DNA of 64,000 bases, from assembly GCA_963766075.1 (NCBI GenBank), contig CAVYAN010000017.1:64001-128000 (forward strand), written 5' to 3'. Made by a program: the position numbers and the translations under genes. Positions 1 to 11,734 of the stretch are shown one piece after another (positions within the stretch are counted from its first letter, which is position 1; the number at the start of each line of letters is the position of its first letter). Below the pieces are notes generated by a model. The model made no database searches and was not told the DNA's origin. It saw only the letters and a list, made by a program, of their open reading frames with translations. Source of the stretch: an uncultured cyanobacterium (lineage in GTDB: Bacteria > Cyanobacteriota > Cyanobacteriia > Leptolyngbyales > Leptolyngbyaceae).

Positions 1-619
1 TCAGGGTCTGGGAAAAAAAGCCCCACACCGCCAGACAAAAAACCCCTAGCCCTAGGCTGATCGGCAGCGATCGCCGCACCGCATCGGTCAGGGCACGTTG
101 CTTTAAGGCCGAGACATCGTACTTAAGCCAGAGGATGCCCACACGAGACGGGCGCAACTCCCCCGGTAGCATCTTCAGCGGAATGGGATAGGCCGCCCAG
201 ATGGATAGGCCATCCTGGGATAGGTGCACCTGGCCCACCATGGTTTCCCGAATCTGGGGAAACGTCCGTGCACTGGGAGCGGCGGGAGTGTCAGCGAGTT
301 CCCGACTGCGCAGATCGTACTGGGTGGCTGTGATTACTGTATTGCGGTGATCATAGACCAACCCCACACGCAGACTGGGATCTCCTTGCAGCTTGCCGAT
401 CGCAATCTCGGCCTGCTCCTCATCGCCGCGTCGATAGAGGTATTCCAGCATGCTGGCCATCTGTTCAGCGGTGAACCGCGCCGTGTTCCTCACATCTTCT
501 TCCACCCGGTGGAAAGACTGTGCCGTTTCTTGCTGAATGTTGATGCTGACTAGCCCTGCCCCCAAGATGAGGAGAATTGCTGGAATCGAAAATCTTAAAG
601 AAAAAGGAAATTTGGGCAT
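1..619 (-). CDS. N-terminal part of a membrane-bound sensor protein (histidine kinase or diguanylate cyclase type); runs off the window edge
   Basis: Hand-translated open frame from ATG at 619 (MPKFPFSLRFSIPAILLILGAGLVS...) with TM helix, periplasmic region and second TM, no stop before position 1; lies downstream of an NMT1/THI5-like binding-protein gene. Confidence 0.6.
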   Translation of the reverse strand, partial: MPKFPFSLRFSIPAILLILGAGLVSINIQQETAQSFHRVEEDVRNTARFTAEQMASMLEYLYRRGDEEQAEIAIGKLQGDPSLRVGLVYDHRNTVITATQYDLRSRELADTPAAPSARTFPQIRETMVGQVHLSQDGLSIWAAYPIPLKMLPGELRPSRVGILWLKYDVSALKQRALTDAVRRSLPISLGLGVFCLAVWGFFSQTL

Positions 620-960
620 AGGCTTAATCTCAGGAACCCTGAAAGAAGCACAGGGAAGTTTGAATGGGAGGTTTCAGGAGAAAGTTTTGGTGGGAAATTT
701 TGGTGGGAAATTTCGGCTACTTGGGTAAGATGCCCAGAACCCATCGGCTAATCGAGATTGATTTCAGAGAATGTTTAAAGAATACGCGTTGTCGTACAAA
801 ACACTCAGTAGCGCCCCGGATCTCTGACAAACGCAAAACCATCGACCCCAAGTTTTCCTGGGGGCCAATGGCCCGCATTGAGTCGCCATGATGTTGCACG
901 TTCCGGTGGGAAAGCGGCCCCGTAGCCTTGGATTCGTGGCCTTGGATTCGTGGCCTTGGA

Positions 961-1906
961 TTAAAGCTTGACGGCTTTCACGAGGCGATCGTCGAATAAC
1001 CGGGCAATATCTACTGGCTTCGAGAGCAATTTATTCTCAACCATCACATCCATCAATTGCCGAGTTGTAGAGAATAACAGTGGTGCCTGGGCACTGAGCA
1101 GTTTTTGATTTTCCTGCAAATCAGGACTGCGCAATCCTTGCAGCGACTCAAGCAATTGCGCTGGCGTCACCTTAGTCCGGGGGGCCATGCGCTTTGCACT
1201 GGCAAGCGGATCTCTGGACTAGGGCAGCAAGGGCTCGAAATCGGCCTTGCACTAGGGCGATCGCGGCGGGTTCGGACAATACCGCCTCCCGCATCACTAG
1301 AACATCGACAATTTCGCCGGGAATTTGCGTACTGTCAAACAGTTGCTTGGCTCCTTTGGCCAGCAGTCGCGTGCGGGCTGGCCCAAAGGTAACGACCGCA
1401 TCCACACGCCCGGTCTTAAACGCCCGCTCGTGCTCGGATACCCCGAGGGAAACAATTTCGACATCTTTAGGACTCATTTCTGCCTGTTGCAAGGCACGGG
1501 TGATGATGTAAGCACCCAGCGCATTGGCTTCCACCCCAATGCGCTTCCCCTTCAGGGCATTTAGGGTCGAAAACTCAGGTTTGGCTAAAATCACGTCTCC
1601 CCCGTGGGAAAAGTCCATGACCGTCACAATCCGGACATCGGGATGGGTTGTGGCTAAGACAAGGACTTGATCGAGCGATAGCGCCGCCGCTTCGACGCTG
1701 CCATTTTGATAGGCTCGCACTTCTTCTGTTCCTGAGGCAAAGTCAACCAGTTGAATTGGCGTGTTGTCGTAGTGCCCCAAATTCTTAGAGAGATACAGCG
1801 TTTCATAACCGGGCCAAGAATTGACCGCCACTCGCAGCGGTCGCGGGGGCGTGGCAGCGCAACTGACCAAGAGGGAAATGAGTCCGATCAGGATTAAGCC
1901 ACGCAT
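961..1906 (-). CDS. ABC-type NMT1/THI5/SsuA-like substrate-binding lipoprotein, split by a frameshift near 1210-1230
   Basis: Lipobox LLVSC, WPGYE, DFSHGGDVI, GKRIGVE, FDSTQIPGEIVDVL; the C-terminus continues in the other-frame ORF 961-1188. Confidence 0.75.
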
Positions 1907-2415
1907 GCCGTTGTGCGATCGCCACCACCGGGCCCAAGCTGGAAGTATTGATTGAGCAGGGTTAGCCCGGAGGCGCAAGGACGATGAATGGCGCATAAAT
2001 ATATTGACTTCATAATGTTGACTCAGAGTTGACGCAGATGATTGCTAGCCCCAAGCCTAACTATGCAAAAGTCTGGACAGTTTTCCTCAGTGGTGACACG
2101 GAACGTGATGCAAGCTAAAGCGCAGCCATCCGTCATGCCACCAGCCGTTAACACTTGCAGCTATTCGTTCTTGCAGCTATCCATCATGCAGCTATAAAAA
2201 ATTAATCGAGCTGGAGTCCCCGGAATATTGGGTTCTCAGAGCGGTTTCTGATGGGGCGATCGTGCCACTGGGTGAGCTTTCTGAGAAATAGGCAGAGGGC
2301 AAAGGGCCATTTTGATCGCATCTACTCAATATTTCGCCGGGATCGCGGTGTAATTTCTGATAGAATCTTACAAAAAGTTAACAAACTCAAAATTACCCAA
2401 AATTATTAACGACCC

Positions 2416-3397
2416 ATGACTCTACTCGTTGTCGGTGCCACGGGTACCTTAGGAAGGCAGATTGCTCGCCGTGCCTTGGATGAAGGGAAGCAGGTGCGGT
2501 GTTTAGTCCGTAGCCCCAAAAAGGCAGCCTTTCTCAAGGAATGGGGGGCCAGTCGTTCAGGGCAATATCTGTGACCCCGAATCCTTAACGGTGGCGTTGA
2601 CTGGCGTTACTGAAATCATTGATGCCGCCACGGCCCGAGCCACAGATACGCTCAGCATTCGGCAAGTCGATTGGGACGGCAAGGTAAACTTGATTAACGC
2701 CGCCAAGGCCGCCAATATCCGCCGCTTTGTCTTTATTTCTATCCTAGATGCCGAAAAATATCCCACGGTTCCCCTGATGGATATTAAGCTTTGCACTGAG
2801 AAACTGCTAGCCGAATCGGGGCTGAACTACACGATTTTGCGTCCCTGCGGCTTTTTGCAAGGATTGATTGGGCAGTACGCGATTCCCATTCTGGAAAATC
2901 AGTCGGTTTGGGTAACGGGAGAGGCCGCACCCACTGCTTACATGGATACTCAGGATATTGCCAAATTTGCCGTGCGGGCCTTGGATGTACCTGCTACGGA
3001 GAATCAGTCTTTTCCTGTGGTCGGTGCCCGTGCCTGGGGGGCCTATGAAATTATTCGGTTGTGCGAGCGTCTTTCTGGGCGGGAGGCGAAGGTGAGCCGT
3101 CTGCCCCTGGAATTGCTGCGCTTTATGCGCAAACTCACGCGTTTTTTCCAATGGACCTGGAATATCTCGGATCGTCTGGCCTTTGCCGAAGTTGTGGCTT
3201 CGGGCAAGCCTTTGACGGCCAATATGGACGAAACGTACCAAGTTTTTGGGATTGCTTCCCAAGATCTGACTACGCTGGAAGGCTATATGGATGAATACTT
3301 CAGCCGGATTATGAAAAAGCTGAAAGAATTGGACTACGAGCGCAACAAAGGTAAGAAGAAACAGCGGGATGCCAACCGCAAATATCCGACTTTTTAA
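2416..3397 (+). CDS. ycf39: Ycf39 atypical short-chain dehydrogenase (NAD(P)H-binding, PSII assembly), frameshift near 2550
   Basis: ATG at 2416 gives [24 protein letters not shown]...; continues in ORF 2591-3397 ([30 protein letters not shown]). Confidence 0.85.
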
Positions 3398-3592
3398 GCC
3401 CTGGCCTTTTGCGCCTATGGGTTCAGTTAAGCCTTAACCCTGTAAAATATTCATTCCAATAGCCATGTTTGCCCAGAATGGCGCGACAATGGTTAGTTTT
3501 TAAGGCTTAATTTAAGGGCCGAATATTAAGGGCCGAATCAGGACCCAGATGGGTTGGGCGGTCTTCTTCTTGTTGTTTACCGAGCCACTGTT

Positions 3593-4510
3593 GTGCCCAA
3601 AGCAGGCATTATCTATAACGATGCAAAATCTGCCGCCTGTCGTATTGCCCACGAGCTAGAAATCACGCTGGGGGAAAGGGGCTGGGATGTTTGTGTGGGG
3701 ACGGGGACGGGCGGGATCTTGGGGTATTCCAGCCCCGATAGTCCCGTCAGCCATACCCCCGTAAATCGGTTAAATCCGCCCGGATTCGATCAGGATATGC
3801 AATTTGCTGTTGTCTTGGGGGGCGACGGAACGGTGCTGTCTGCTTTTCGCCAAGTGGCACCCTATGGCATTCCGCTGCTAACGGTAAATACTGGACATAT
3901 GGGTTTCTTGACGGAAACCTATGTCAACAATTTGCCCGAGGCGATCGCCGCCGTGCTGAATCAGCAATACGAAATCGAAGAACGGGCTATGCTATCTGTC
4001 CAGGTATGGCGCGGCGAAAATCTGCTGTGGGAAGCCCTATGCCTGAATGAAATGGTGATCCACCGGGAGCCCCTCACCAGTATGTGCCACTTTGAAATCC
4101 AAATTGGTCGCCATGCCCCCGTGGATATTGCTGCCGATGGCGTGATCGTGTCTACGCCAACCGGGTCCACCGCTTACGGTTTGTCGGCGGGCGGTCCTGT
4201 GATTACGCCGGGAATTCCCGTCATTCAGCTTGTGCCAATTTGCCCCCACTCCCTAGCCTCACGCGCCCTAGTGTTTTCCAACACAGAACCAGTCACGATT
4301 AATCCCGCCAATGCCAACCGCTTGGTGATGGTGGTGGATGGCAATGGTGGCTGTTACGTATTGCCCGACGATCGCCTTTGTATCCGTAAAGCGCCCTATA
4401 CTGCCCGCTTCATCCGACTCCAGCCCCCGGAATTTTTCCACATCCTGCGCGAAAAGCTAGGCTGGGGATTGCCGCACATTGCCAAGCCCACCTCAGTCGA
4501 ACTGCCCTAG
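3593..4510 (+). CDS. nadK: NAD(+) kinase
   Basis: [32 protein letters not shown] motifs; probable GTG start at 3593. Confidence 0.95.
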   Translation: MPKAGIIYNDAKSAACRIAHELEITLGERGWDVCVGTGTGGILGYSSPDSPVSHTPVNRLNPPGFDQDMQFAVVLGGDGTVLSAFRQVAPYGIPLLTVNTGHMGFLTETYVNNLPEAIAAVLNQQYEIEERAMLSVQVWRGENLLWEALCLNEMVIHREPLTSMCHFEIQIGRHAPVDIAADGVIVSTPTGSTAYGLSAGGPVITPGIPVIQLVPICPHSLASRALVFSNTEPVTINPANANRLVMVVDGNGGCYVLPDDRLCIRKAPYTARFIRLQPPEFFHILREKLGWGLPHIAKPTSVELP

Positions 4511-4537
4511 TCGAACTGCCCTAGTCGAACTGCCCTA
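4495..4537. repeat. Short tandem repeat, 14-mer AGTCGAACTGCCCT x3, spanning the nadK stop
   Basis: Read directly from the sequence. Confidence 0.85.
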
Positions 4538-4610
4538 ATTTAGCAAGCTGCCCTGCTTTGGTATCACTGCGCTACAATGAACATGCCAAAACCCTAGGTT
4601 GATACCCTAT

Positions 4611-5303
4611 ATGATCCTTGCGACTGAATCAAATCCCCGCGTACTGCTGGTGGAAACGGATGATGCCTTGGTCAGCAATGTTAGTCTTGATCTGAAGGAA
4701 TCCGGGTATGAAATGCTGCTAGCGCAGGACATGAGCAGTGCCATGCGCCATGCAATTGAAGCGCAGCCCGCCTTAATCGTGGTGGACCGGATGCTAGCCG
4801 GGGAGTCGGGATTGTCGCTGTGCAGTCGGCTGCGATCGCTGGGGAATCATGTGCCTGTAGTGATGCTGATGGCCCGGGACACCGTGGACGATCGCGTTGC
4901 CTGCTTAGAAGCTGGAGCCGATGATTATTTCCTAAAGCCCTATCGCACGGAAGAATTTTTGCGCTTAGTGCGCCTGTATTTACAGCCGGATACACCAGGT
5001 AGTGAAAAGTTGCGGTTTGGCGACCTGATGTTGGACTTGGCCTCGCGCCGTGCCCTGCGAAATGGTCGGGGCATTGACCTGACGATGAAAGAATTTGATT
5101 TACTCCGCTACTTGATGGAGCATCCCCGCGAGGTATTGACCCGTGAGCAGATTCTCGAAAACGTTTGGGGCTATGACTTTGTGGGTGAGTCGAATGTGAT
5201 TGAAGTGTATATTCGCTATTTGCGCTTGAAGATCGAAGATGATGGCGAGAAGCGTTTGATCCAGACGGTGCGGGGCGTGGGGTATGTGCTACGGGAGGCA
5301 TAA
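4611..5303 (+). CDS. nblR: OmpR-family response regulator NblR
   Basis: Receiver domain plus winged helix (EVYIRYLRLKIE...TVRGVGY); typical nadK-nblR-DUF192 arrangement. Confidence 0.85.
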   Translation: MILATESNPRVLLVETDDALVSNVSLDLKESGYEMLLAQDMSSAMRHAIEAQPALIVVDRMLAGESGLSLCSRLRSLGNHVPVVMLMARDTVDDRVACLEAGADDYFLKPYRTEEFLRLVRLYLQPDTPGSEKLRFGDLMLDLASRRALRNGRGIDLTMKEFDLLRYLMEHPREVLTREQILENVWGYDFVGESNVIEVYIRYLRLKIEDDGEKRLIQTVRGVGYVLREA

Positions 5304-5304
5304 T

Positions 5305-5862
5305 GTGCGATCGAAGATTCAATCCTGGTCTGTTTCTACTCTGCCAGCCTTCAGTGTTGGGTTAGTCGCGATCGTGTTGATGGGCTGTACGCCGTCGATT
5401 TCGGCATCGCCCAATCCTGTGGCCAGTCCACACATGGCTCATGGCGGCCAGTCGCTACCCCTGACGTCCCAAGTGCAAGTCGGGAAGCAAGTGATTTTAC
5501 TCGAAGTGGCCCAAACTCCTGAACAGCAGCAGATTGGTCTGATGTTTCGTCAAGACTTAGCCCGCGATCGCGGCATGGCTTTCCCCTTCAATCCGCCGCG
5601 TCGGGTTGGCTTCTGGATGAAGAATATGTCCATTAGCTTGGACATGGTGTTTGTGCATCGGGGTCAAATCGTGGCGATTGACGCCCAAGTGCCACCTTGC
5701 TCGGTTGATCCTTGTCCTGTATACGGCCCCAATGCTTTAATTGACCACGTTGTGGAGCTACGCACCGGACGAGCAGCCGAACTGGGCCTCAAAGTGGGCG
5801 ATCGCTTCGTTGTGGCTCCTAAAGCGACAGATCCTCAAGCCACTGAACCCAAAAAGTCATGA
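5305..5862 (+). CDS. DUF192 family lipoprotein
   Basis: EVAQTPEQQQIGLMFR, FWMKN, LDMVF, VVELRTG motifs. Confidence 0.85.
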   Translation: MRSKIQSWSVSTLPAFSVGLVAIVLMGCTPSISASPNPVASPHMAHGGQSLPLTSQVQVGKQVILLEVAQTPEQQQIGLMFRQDLARDRGMAFPFNPPRRVGFWMKNMSISLDMVFVHRGQIVAIDAQVPPCSVDPCPVYGPNALIDHVVELRTGRAAELGLKVGDRFVVAPKATDPQATEPKKS

Positions 5863-5975
5863 AAAATTCTATTGCCTGAGCCTGCTCCCTTCGGCTCCGC
5901 TCAGGGAGCAGGCTTTCGTTCGCTCAGGGAGCAGGCTTCCGTTCCCTCTGAGCGAAGTCGAAGGGAGCGGTAGCC

Positions 5976-6215
5976 CTAATCCTCTTCCCCGATATCATCT
6001 CCACGGGACAGACTGAGTAACGGTTGCAGCACAGCCATACCGATCAGACCCAGGCCAACACTAAACGCCAGCACCAGTCCAATGGGAATTTCAAACAGTT
6101 GCAGATTGAGAAATCGCAACCGTACCGGGCTAAAGTTTTGGACCGAGAGAATGGCGATCGCACCCACCCAAAAAGCCAAAAGGGTGGCAGCAAAAAAGGT
6201 GGTGAGGGATTTCAT
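5976..6215 (-). CDS. Small membrane protein, LapA/DUF1049 family
   Basis: Two TM helices with SVQN..V.LRFL motif. Confidence 0.7.
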   Translation of the reverse strand: MKSLTTFFAATLLAFWVGAIAILSVQNFSPVRLRFLNLQLFEIPIGLVLAFSVGLGLIGMAVLQPLLSLSRGDDIGEED

Positions 6216-6245
6216 GGGTCGCGTTAGGGGGAATCAGGGGCAGTT

Positions 6246-7707
6246 TTAGGGGCGATCTTTAGGAGCGATCGGAGAAATTTGGGCAATGATTTGCTGCATG
6301 GATGCGGTTAGCAGCGCCACGTTTGCCCGTGAATGGGTTTCCAGGTAGACGCGCAACAGCGGTTCGGTGCCTGAAGGCCGTAGCAGCACCCAACTGCCAT
6401 CCTCAAGGTACAGCTTCAGGCCATCTTTGCGCCCAATCTCACGAATTGGGATGTGGGCTACCTGCCGGGGAGGGTGGTCCACAAAATACTGCATCAAGCG
6501 GGCTTGATCCGCAGACTTCAAGGGCAAGTCGATGCGGTGATTATACAGAGGCCCATGGGTTTTGGCGATGATATCCCGGACCAGTTGGCTCAGGGGCTTC
6601 CCAGAATACGCGATCGCCTCCACCACCAGCATATTCGCCAAGATGCCATCTTTTTCAGGAATATGCCCCAGGACACTGAGGCCACCCGATTCTTCCCCCC
6701 CAATCAACACGGGCATTTGACGCATTTTTTCGCCAATCCACTTAAAGCCGACGGGGGTTTCGTACAGCGGCAACCCATACTGTGCTGCAAAGGTGTCCAG
6801 CAGGTGTGTAGTGGCCACAGTGCGGACGATCGCCCCCGACAGGCCCTTATTTTCGATCAGATGCTGGGCTAGGAGCAACAGAATGGCATTCGGAGGGACC
6901 AGTGCGCCTTGCTCGTCCAAAATGCCGAAGCGATCGCCATCGCCATCGGTCGCCAAGCCCACATCGGCCCCATCCCGCAGCACCGCCTGGGCCAAATCTG
7001 CCAGTTGCACGCCCTTGGGTTCTGGCATGCCACCGCCAAACAGCACATCTCGATAGGCGCGGAATACCTCTGTGGTACAGCCGCAGTACCGCAGAATTTC
7101 ATCCAAATAGCCCCGCGAGGTGGAATACAGCGCATCGTATTTCACATACAGTCCCGCTGCGCGAATCCGCTCGACATCAAGCTGCGCATACAGAGCAGCC
7201 AGATACGCGGGTTTGGGATCGAAATGCTCCAACCTTTGACCAGAGTGGCCCTGGGGGACATCCGCGATCGCGGTGTCGGGGCTCGTCGCCGCCAGATAGT
7301 GGACGATGCGATCGGTAATCGCCTGGGTCGCGGGTCCAGCATAGTCCGGAATATATTTAATGCCGCAGTAGTGGGCGGGGTTGTGGCTGGCCGTAAACAT
7401 GAGTGCCCCCGCCGTATTGAGGTGGCGGGCACTGTAGGCGATTACCGGCGTGGGACAATCGCGATCGGCAGATCTGCACCGTCCATCCCAACGCCACTAA
7501 AATTTCCCCCGCCCTCTCGGCAAACTCCTGCGCCAAAAAGCGGGTATCGTAGCCAATCAGGACTGGGCAACTTCGGGGATAGGTAGCGTCCAGATACTGT
7601 GCGATGGCACAGGTCACTTTATCCACATTGGCAAAGGTAAAGTCTTCGGCAATCACACCCCGCCAGCCATCGGTACCAAAAGTAATAGGTTGGGGACTTG
7701 CGCTCAT
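6246..7707 (-). CDS. Phosphoglucomutase/phosphomannomutase family protein, frameshift near 7467
   Basis: FGTDGWRG in ORF 7357-7707; TASHNP, DGDGDR, GGEESGG and RPSGTEP in ORF 6246-7400. Confidence 0.9.
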
Positions 7708-7936
7708 TCAGGATTCCCAAGAGAAGTGCTTATTTCAGGGACGTTTATCGATCCTAGCCGTCTCTCTATCGGCCACTCAACCGGGCTTGATCGGGCCGAG
7801 CGACGAGGCTAAATGATTTTTACTGCAATATCCGCAATTTAGCCAGTATCTTGTGAATGTACAAGCATGTAAATAGCTGGCTGAACGTGGACGCTGCCTG
7901 CCTGACTCATGGATCCACATCCAGGGACCTACATCT

Positions 7937-8359
7937 ATGTCTCCGACGGTCATTTGGTTAATCATCGGCATCAGCCTGTGTAGTGTGGAAGCGGTGGTAC
8001 CGACGGCATTTATTGCCGCGGTGATGGGCATTAGTGCCCTGATGGTGGCTTTTCTGGCCCAATTTATTCCAGTGTTGGGGATGCAGGTTGGCCTGTGGAT
8101 GATTTTTTCACTTCTGCTAGTGGGACTGTCGCGGCGATTTATCCGATCGGGTCGTCCGGTGAAGCTGGATGATACCCAGGCCGAAACCCTGACGGATATC
8201 CCGCCGGGTAAAGTGGGTCGGGTCCAGTATGAAGGCTGTTCTTGGGCCGCAGTCTGTGAGGATGAAACCGCTGCGATCGCCCCCCACCAAAAGGTCTACG
8301 TCGTGGCTCGCCGGGGCACCACCCTCATCGTGATGCCCGAGGGTGTCCTCCGTTCCTAA
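7937..8359 (+). CDS. NfeD family membrane protein
   Basis: N-terminal TMs and C-terminal OB fold (GRVQYEGCSW, GTTLIV); paired with an SPFH gene. Confidence 0.85.
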   Translation: MSPTVIWLIIGISLCSVEAVVPTAFIAAVMGISALMVAFLAQFIPVLGMQVGLWMIFSLLLVGLSRRFIRSGRPVKLDDTQAETLTDIPPGKVGRVQYEGCSWAAVCEDETAAIAPHQKVYVVARRGTTLIVMPEGVLRS

Positions 8360-8476
8360 AGGGCAAAAATGGGCAGTCTGGATAGGAGTCCTTGTCACAG
8401 ACTGGTCGGTGAAAGCAACACACGGTTGAAATGGCACACGGTTGAAATAGCTTTAAATACTTTAGGAGCAGCGATT

Positions 8477-9409
8477 ATGTGGGGTTGGTTCATTGCACTG
8501 ATGATTGGCGGCGGCGCACTGTCTAGCGTCAAAATTATTCAACAAGGGGACGAAGTGTTGGTGGAACGATTGGGCACCTACGATCGCAAGCTCACCCACG
8601 GGCCGCGATTCGTCGTGCCAGTCCTGGATCGAATAGCGTATCAGGACACCATCCGGGAAAAAGTGCTCGACATTCCGCCCCAGCCCTGCATCACGCGGGA
8701 TAACGTTTCCATTACCGTGGATGCGATCATCTACTGGCGGATTGTCGATATGGAAAAGGCGTACTACAAGGTCCAGAATCTGCAAATGGCCATGGTAAAC
8801 GTCATCCTCACCCAAATTCGCGCTGAAATGGGGCGTCTAGAACTGGATGAGACCTTTACGGCGCGATCGCAAATCAACGAACTCCTACTCCGCGACTTGG
8901 ATGTAGCCACCGATCCCTGGGGGGTCAAAGTCACGCGCGTGGAACTGCGCGACATTATTCCCTCCAAAGCCGTGCAGGAATCCATGGAACTGCAAATGTC
9001 TGCAGAGCGTAAAAAGCGCGCCGCTATTCTCACCTCGGAAGGCGAACGAGAATCATCGGTCAATAGCGCCCGTGGGAAAGCCGAAGCCCAAATTTTGGAT
9101 GCTGAAGCCCGCCAAAAGTCGGTTGTTCTGGCGGCGGAAGCCGAACAAAAAGCCATGATCCTCAAGGCCCAGGCTGAGCGGCAAACCCAGGTGCTCAAGG
9201 CCCACGCCACTGCCGAAGCCATCCAAATCGTTAATCAAGCTTTGCAAAGCGATCCCAAAGCACCAGAAGCAGGCAAAGTCCTGCTGGCTCTTGGCTATTT
9301 GGACATGGGCACGGCGATCGGCAAAAGCGACAGTAGCAAAATCATGTTCATGGATCCCCAAAGCATTCCAGCTACACTGCAAGGCATGTTGTCCATGGTG
9401 GATAAATAA
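8477..9409 (+). CDS. SPFH/band 7 (stomatin/paraslipin-like) protein
   Basis: [30 protein letters not shown], coiled coil; AGGAG RBS before ATG 8477. Confidence 0.92.
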   Translation: MWGWFIALMIGGGALSSVKIIQQGDEVLVERLGTYDRKLTHGPRFVVPVLDRIAYQDTIREKVLDIPPQPCITRDNVSITVDAIIYWRIVDMEKAYYKVQNLQMAMVNVILTQIRAEMGRLELDETFTARSQINELLLRDLDVATDPWGVKVTRVELRDIIPSKAVQESMELQMSAERKKRAAILTSEGERESSVNSARGKAEAQILDAEARQKSVVLAAEAEQKAMILKAQAERQTQVLKAHATAEAIQIVNQALQSDPKAPEAGKVLLALGYLDMGTAIGKSDSSKIMFMDPQSIPATLQGMLSMVDK

Positions 9410-9500
9410 GGTAGGTAAATAATTTCAGCCTGCCGCTGTCCCAGAAGCAATTCTCCCGCCCCTAATATTCCTGTCCCTAACACTCTGGGCACCGATGTCC

Positions 9501-10622
9501 TCAATGGCTCAGCACCCCCTGCTCCGTCATGGCCTGTACCTGCCGCAGCTTCTGCATCACCTGGCCCTGCTGGAGTAGCGATCGCGCCCGGTCAATGCCT
9601 TCGGGCAGACTGCCACAGGCACCGCACCGCCACAGGTAAAACCCGCTGTTCCAGAGGGTCGAGCGGAACAGTTCCGATACCTCCCCTTGAAGGGTGGCTT
9701 GCATGGCTGCGATCGCCTCTACGGTGGAGTTTAAGGGCACATTTTTGCCCTCAAAGCCATACTCATGGGGATGCAGGAGTTCCCGCTTTAGGACATCGGG
9801 GTGGACGACATCGGGGCGGGCGGCAGCGGGGTGGCCGGCAGCGGGGTGAACTGGAGTGGGTTCAGGATTGCCCATGCCCACAATACCGGTGCGTTCACGG
9901 GGGAGATCACAACTGCCTTCTAGTCCCTTGACTAGGGTAAATCGCTGGACACCGCGTAGCCCCAGGGCGATCTGGAACATACCCTCCGTGGGTGGATGCA
10001 CAAAACCCGAGACCATATGGGCGGAACCCGCGTAGGGAGCCCAGATCAGCTCCATGGTGGCGAGGGGGGGACGCTTGCCAATTTGCTCACGGTAGGCCAC
10101 CAACCCCTGGGCCAAGGGGAAGTGGCGAGGGAGATAGACAAAGCCGATACCCGTTGTTTCTAGGAGAGTTTGCACCTGTTCTAGAGACAGACGACTCCAG
10201 TCCACACCGAGGCCACGCCAAAAGTCGATCAGGGGATCACCTTCCTTGGTTGGCATGCGATCGCCCCCATGCAAAATTACGGGACAGCCCGCCGTGGCCA
10301 GAATTAACGCCGTCACCGGACTCAGGGGAATCGTGCGCGATCGCCCATCATAGGGCGATCCCATCACTGTGACGGGATGGGCCGCAGCCACCCCGGACAA
10401 TTGCGGCCCCAATTCTTCATAGGCATCTAACATGCCCGCCAACTCTTCCCCAGTGGGACGACGGATGCGATGGGCAATCATGAAGGCCCCAATTTGGGCG
10501 GGAGTTGCTTCCTGTAACAACATCAACCGCATCGCCGTGGCCGCCTCTGAGCGCGTCAGGTTCGTGCCCGTGTGGGGACCACTCCCTACTTTGCGCAGGA
10601 GTTCGCGAAAACTATGGCTCAT
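9501..10622 (-). CDS. Anthranilate phosphoribosyltransferase-like protein (YbiB/TrpD2 family)
   Basis: QIGAFMIAHR, PYDGRSRT, LHGGDRMPTK, GFVHPP, VKGLEGSCDL. Confidence 0.85.
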   Translation of the reverse strand: MSHSFRELLRKVGSGPHTGTNLTRSEAATAMRLMLLQEATPAQIGAFMIAHRIRRPTGEELAGMLDAYEELGPQLSGVAAAHPVTVMGSPYDGRSRTIPLSPVTALILATAGCPVILHGGDRMPTKEGDPLIDFWRGLGVDWSRLSLEQVQTLLETTGIGFVYLPRHFPLAQGLVAYREQIGKRPPLATMELIWAPYAGSAHMVSGFVHPPTEGMFQIALGLRGVQRFTLVKGLEGSCDLPRERTGIVGMGNPEPTPVHPAAGHPAAARPDVVHPDVLKRELLHPHEYGFEGKNVPLNSTVEAIAAMQATLQGEVSELFRSTLWNSGFYLWRCGACGSLPEGIDRARSLLQQGQVMQKLRQVQAMTEQGVLSH

Positions 10623-10645
10623 AAAAACTATGGCTCATAAACAGT

Positions 10646-11620
10646 TCAATAGGTAGGGGAGGAGTCTAGGCGGCACCCCTCGGGCGTAGGAGCAGGCACA
10701 CGGAGAGACTGAGTGACTAAATTAAAAAAGTGCCGAATCGGAGGAATTTGCAGGCGATCGCAGGTGGTCACCAGCACGATCTGCCGCGTGAAAGGCGGAT
10801 CCGACCAAGGGGCAGCGGAGTCTGCTGCTGGCGTGGCCAAAGGGCGCACAGCCAGCGTCATGTCTCCATAAGCCTCCATCAGCGCCGTTTCCGGCAGCAG
10901 CGCCACCCAGTTGCCCTGCCGCACCACCCCGCGAAAAGCATCCGGCGTGTTCAATTCTAGAACCGCTTGCAAAGTCGCGCCCCGCCGTTCAAATTGCTCT
11001 TGGACAATGCGCTGCATGCCATAACCATCCTTAAAAACCACCTGGGGAAATTTGGCGAGTTCCTCCCAAGGGATCGCGGCGTAGTGGGCCAGGGGATGAT
11101 CTACTGCCATCAGCACTTTAATCGGTTCGTCGTAGAGCACCTCCACAACCATTTCTGTGCTGTTCACCAAAAAGCGATTGTTCATGACGATCGCCACGTC
11201 TACTAAGCCATCCCGTAGCACCTTCAAGGCGCGATCGCTGCCCAAAGCCGTCACGCGGAGCTGCACAGCGGGATAGTCCCGACAAAACTGCTGCAACACG
11301 GAGGGCAACTGGTAGGCACAGACGGAATGTACCGCCGCCACACACAGCTCGGGTTGGTGCCCCGATGCTAAATCAGACGCCTCCTGCAGGGCATTGGCCC
11401 ATTCTTGACAGATTTTGCGGGCGCGGGGCAACAGCAGGTCGCCCCCCACGGTCAGCTTGGCCTGGGTGGAGCGATGAAAGACCGGCAGGCCCAATTCCGT
11501 CTCTAGGGCTTGAATTTGCCGACTAATCGCCGACTGAGTCACGCCGCTGCGCTGCGCGGCTTGCTGAAAACTGCCTGTGTCTGCGATCGCCAAAAATGCT
11601 TGCAGTTGTTCAAGGCGCAT
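10646..11620 (-). CDS. ntcB: LysR-family regulator, probably NtcB (nitrate/nitrite assimilation)
   Basis: MRLEQLQAFL...GSFQQAA...TQSAISRQI HTH; canonical NtcA promoter upstream. Confidence 0.8.
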   Translation of the reverse strand: MRLEQLQAFLAIADTGSFQQAAQRSGVTQSAISRQIQALETELGLPVFHRSTQAKLTVGGDLLLPRARKICQEWANALQEASDLASGHQPELCVAAVHSVCAYQLPSVLQQFCRDYPAVQLRVTALGSDRALKVLRDGLVDVAIVMNNRFLVNSTEMVVEVLYDEPIKVLMAVDHPLAHYAAIPWEELAKFPQVVFKDGYGMQRIVQEQFERRGATLQAVLELNTPDAFRGVVRQGNWVALLPETALMEAYGDMTLAVRPLATPAADSAAPWSDPPFTRQIVLVTTCDRLQIPPIRHFFNLVTQSLRVPAPTPEGCRLDSSPTY

Positions 11621-11661
11621 GGGCGAAAAGTAATCCTTAACACAATACTCGATTGCCTGTG

Positions 11662-11703
11662 ACCATAGCGGATGTCACCCCTCGGTGCAGTAGGGATTGC
11701 TAC
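11662..11703 (-). promoter_or_regulatory. NtcA-activated promoter of ntcB
   Basis: Minus strand GTA-GCAATCCC-TAC (11703-11690), 22 nt, then TATGGT (11667-11662): exact GTA-N8-TAC-N22-TAN3T consensus. Confidence 0.85.
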
Positions 11704-11734
11704 ACGAAGCTGAAAAATCCGGCGGCGCATCCAG

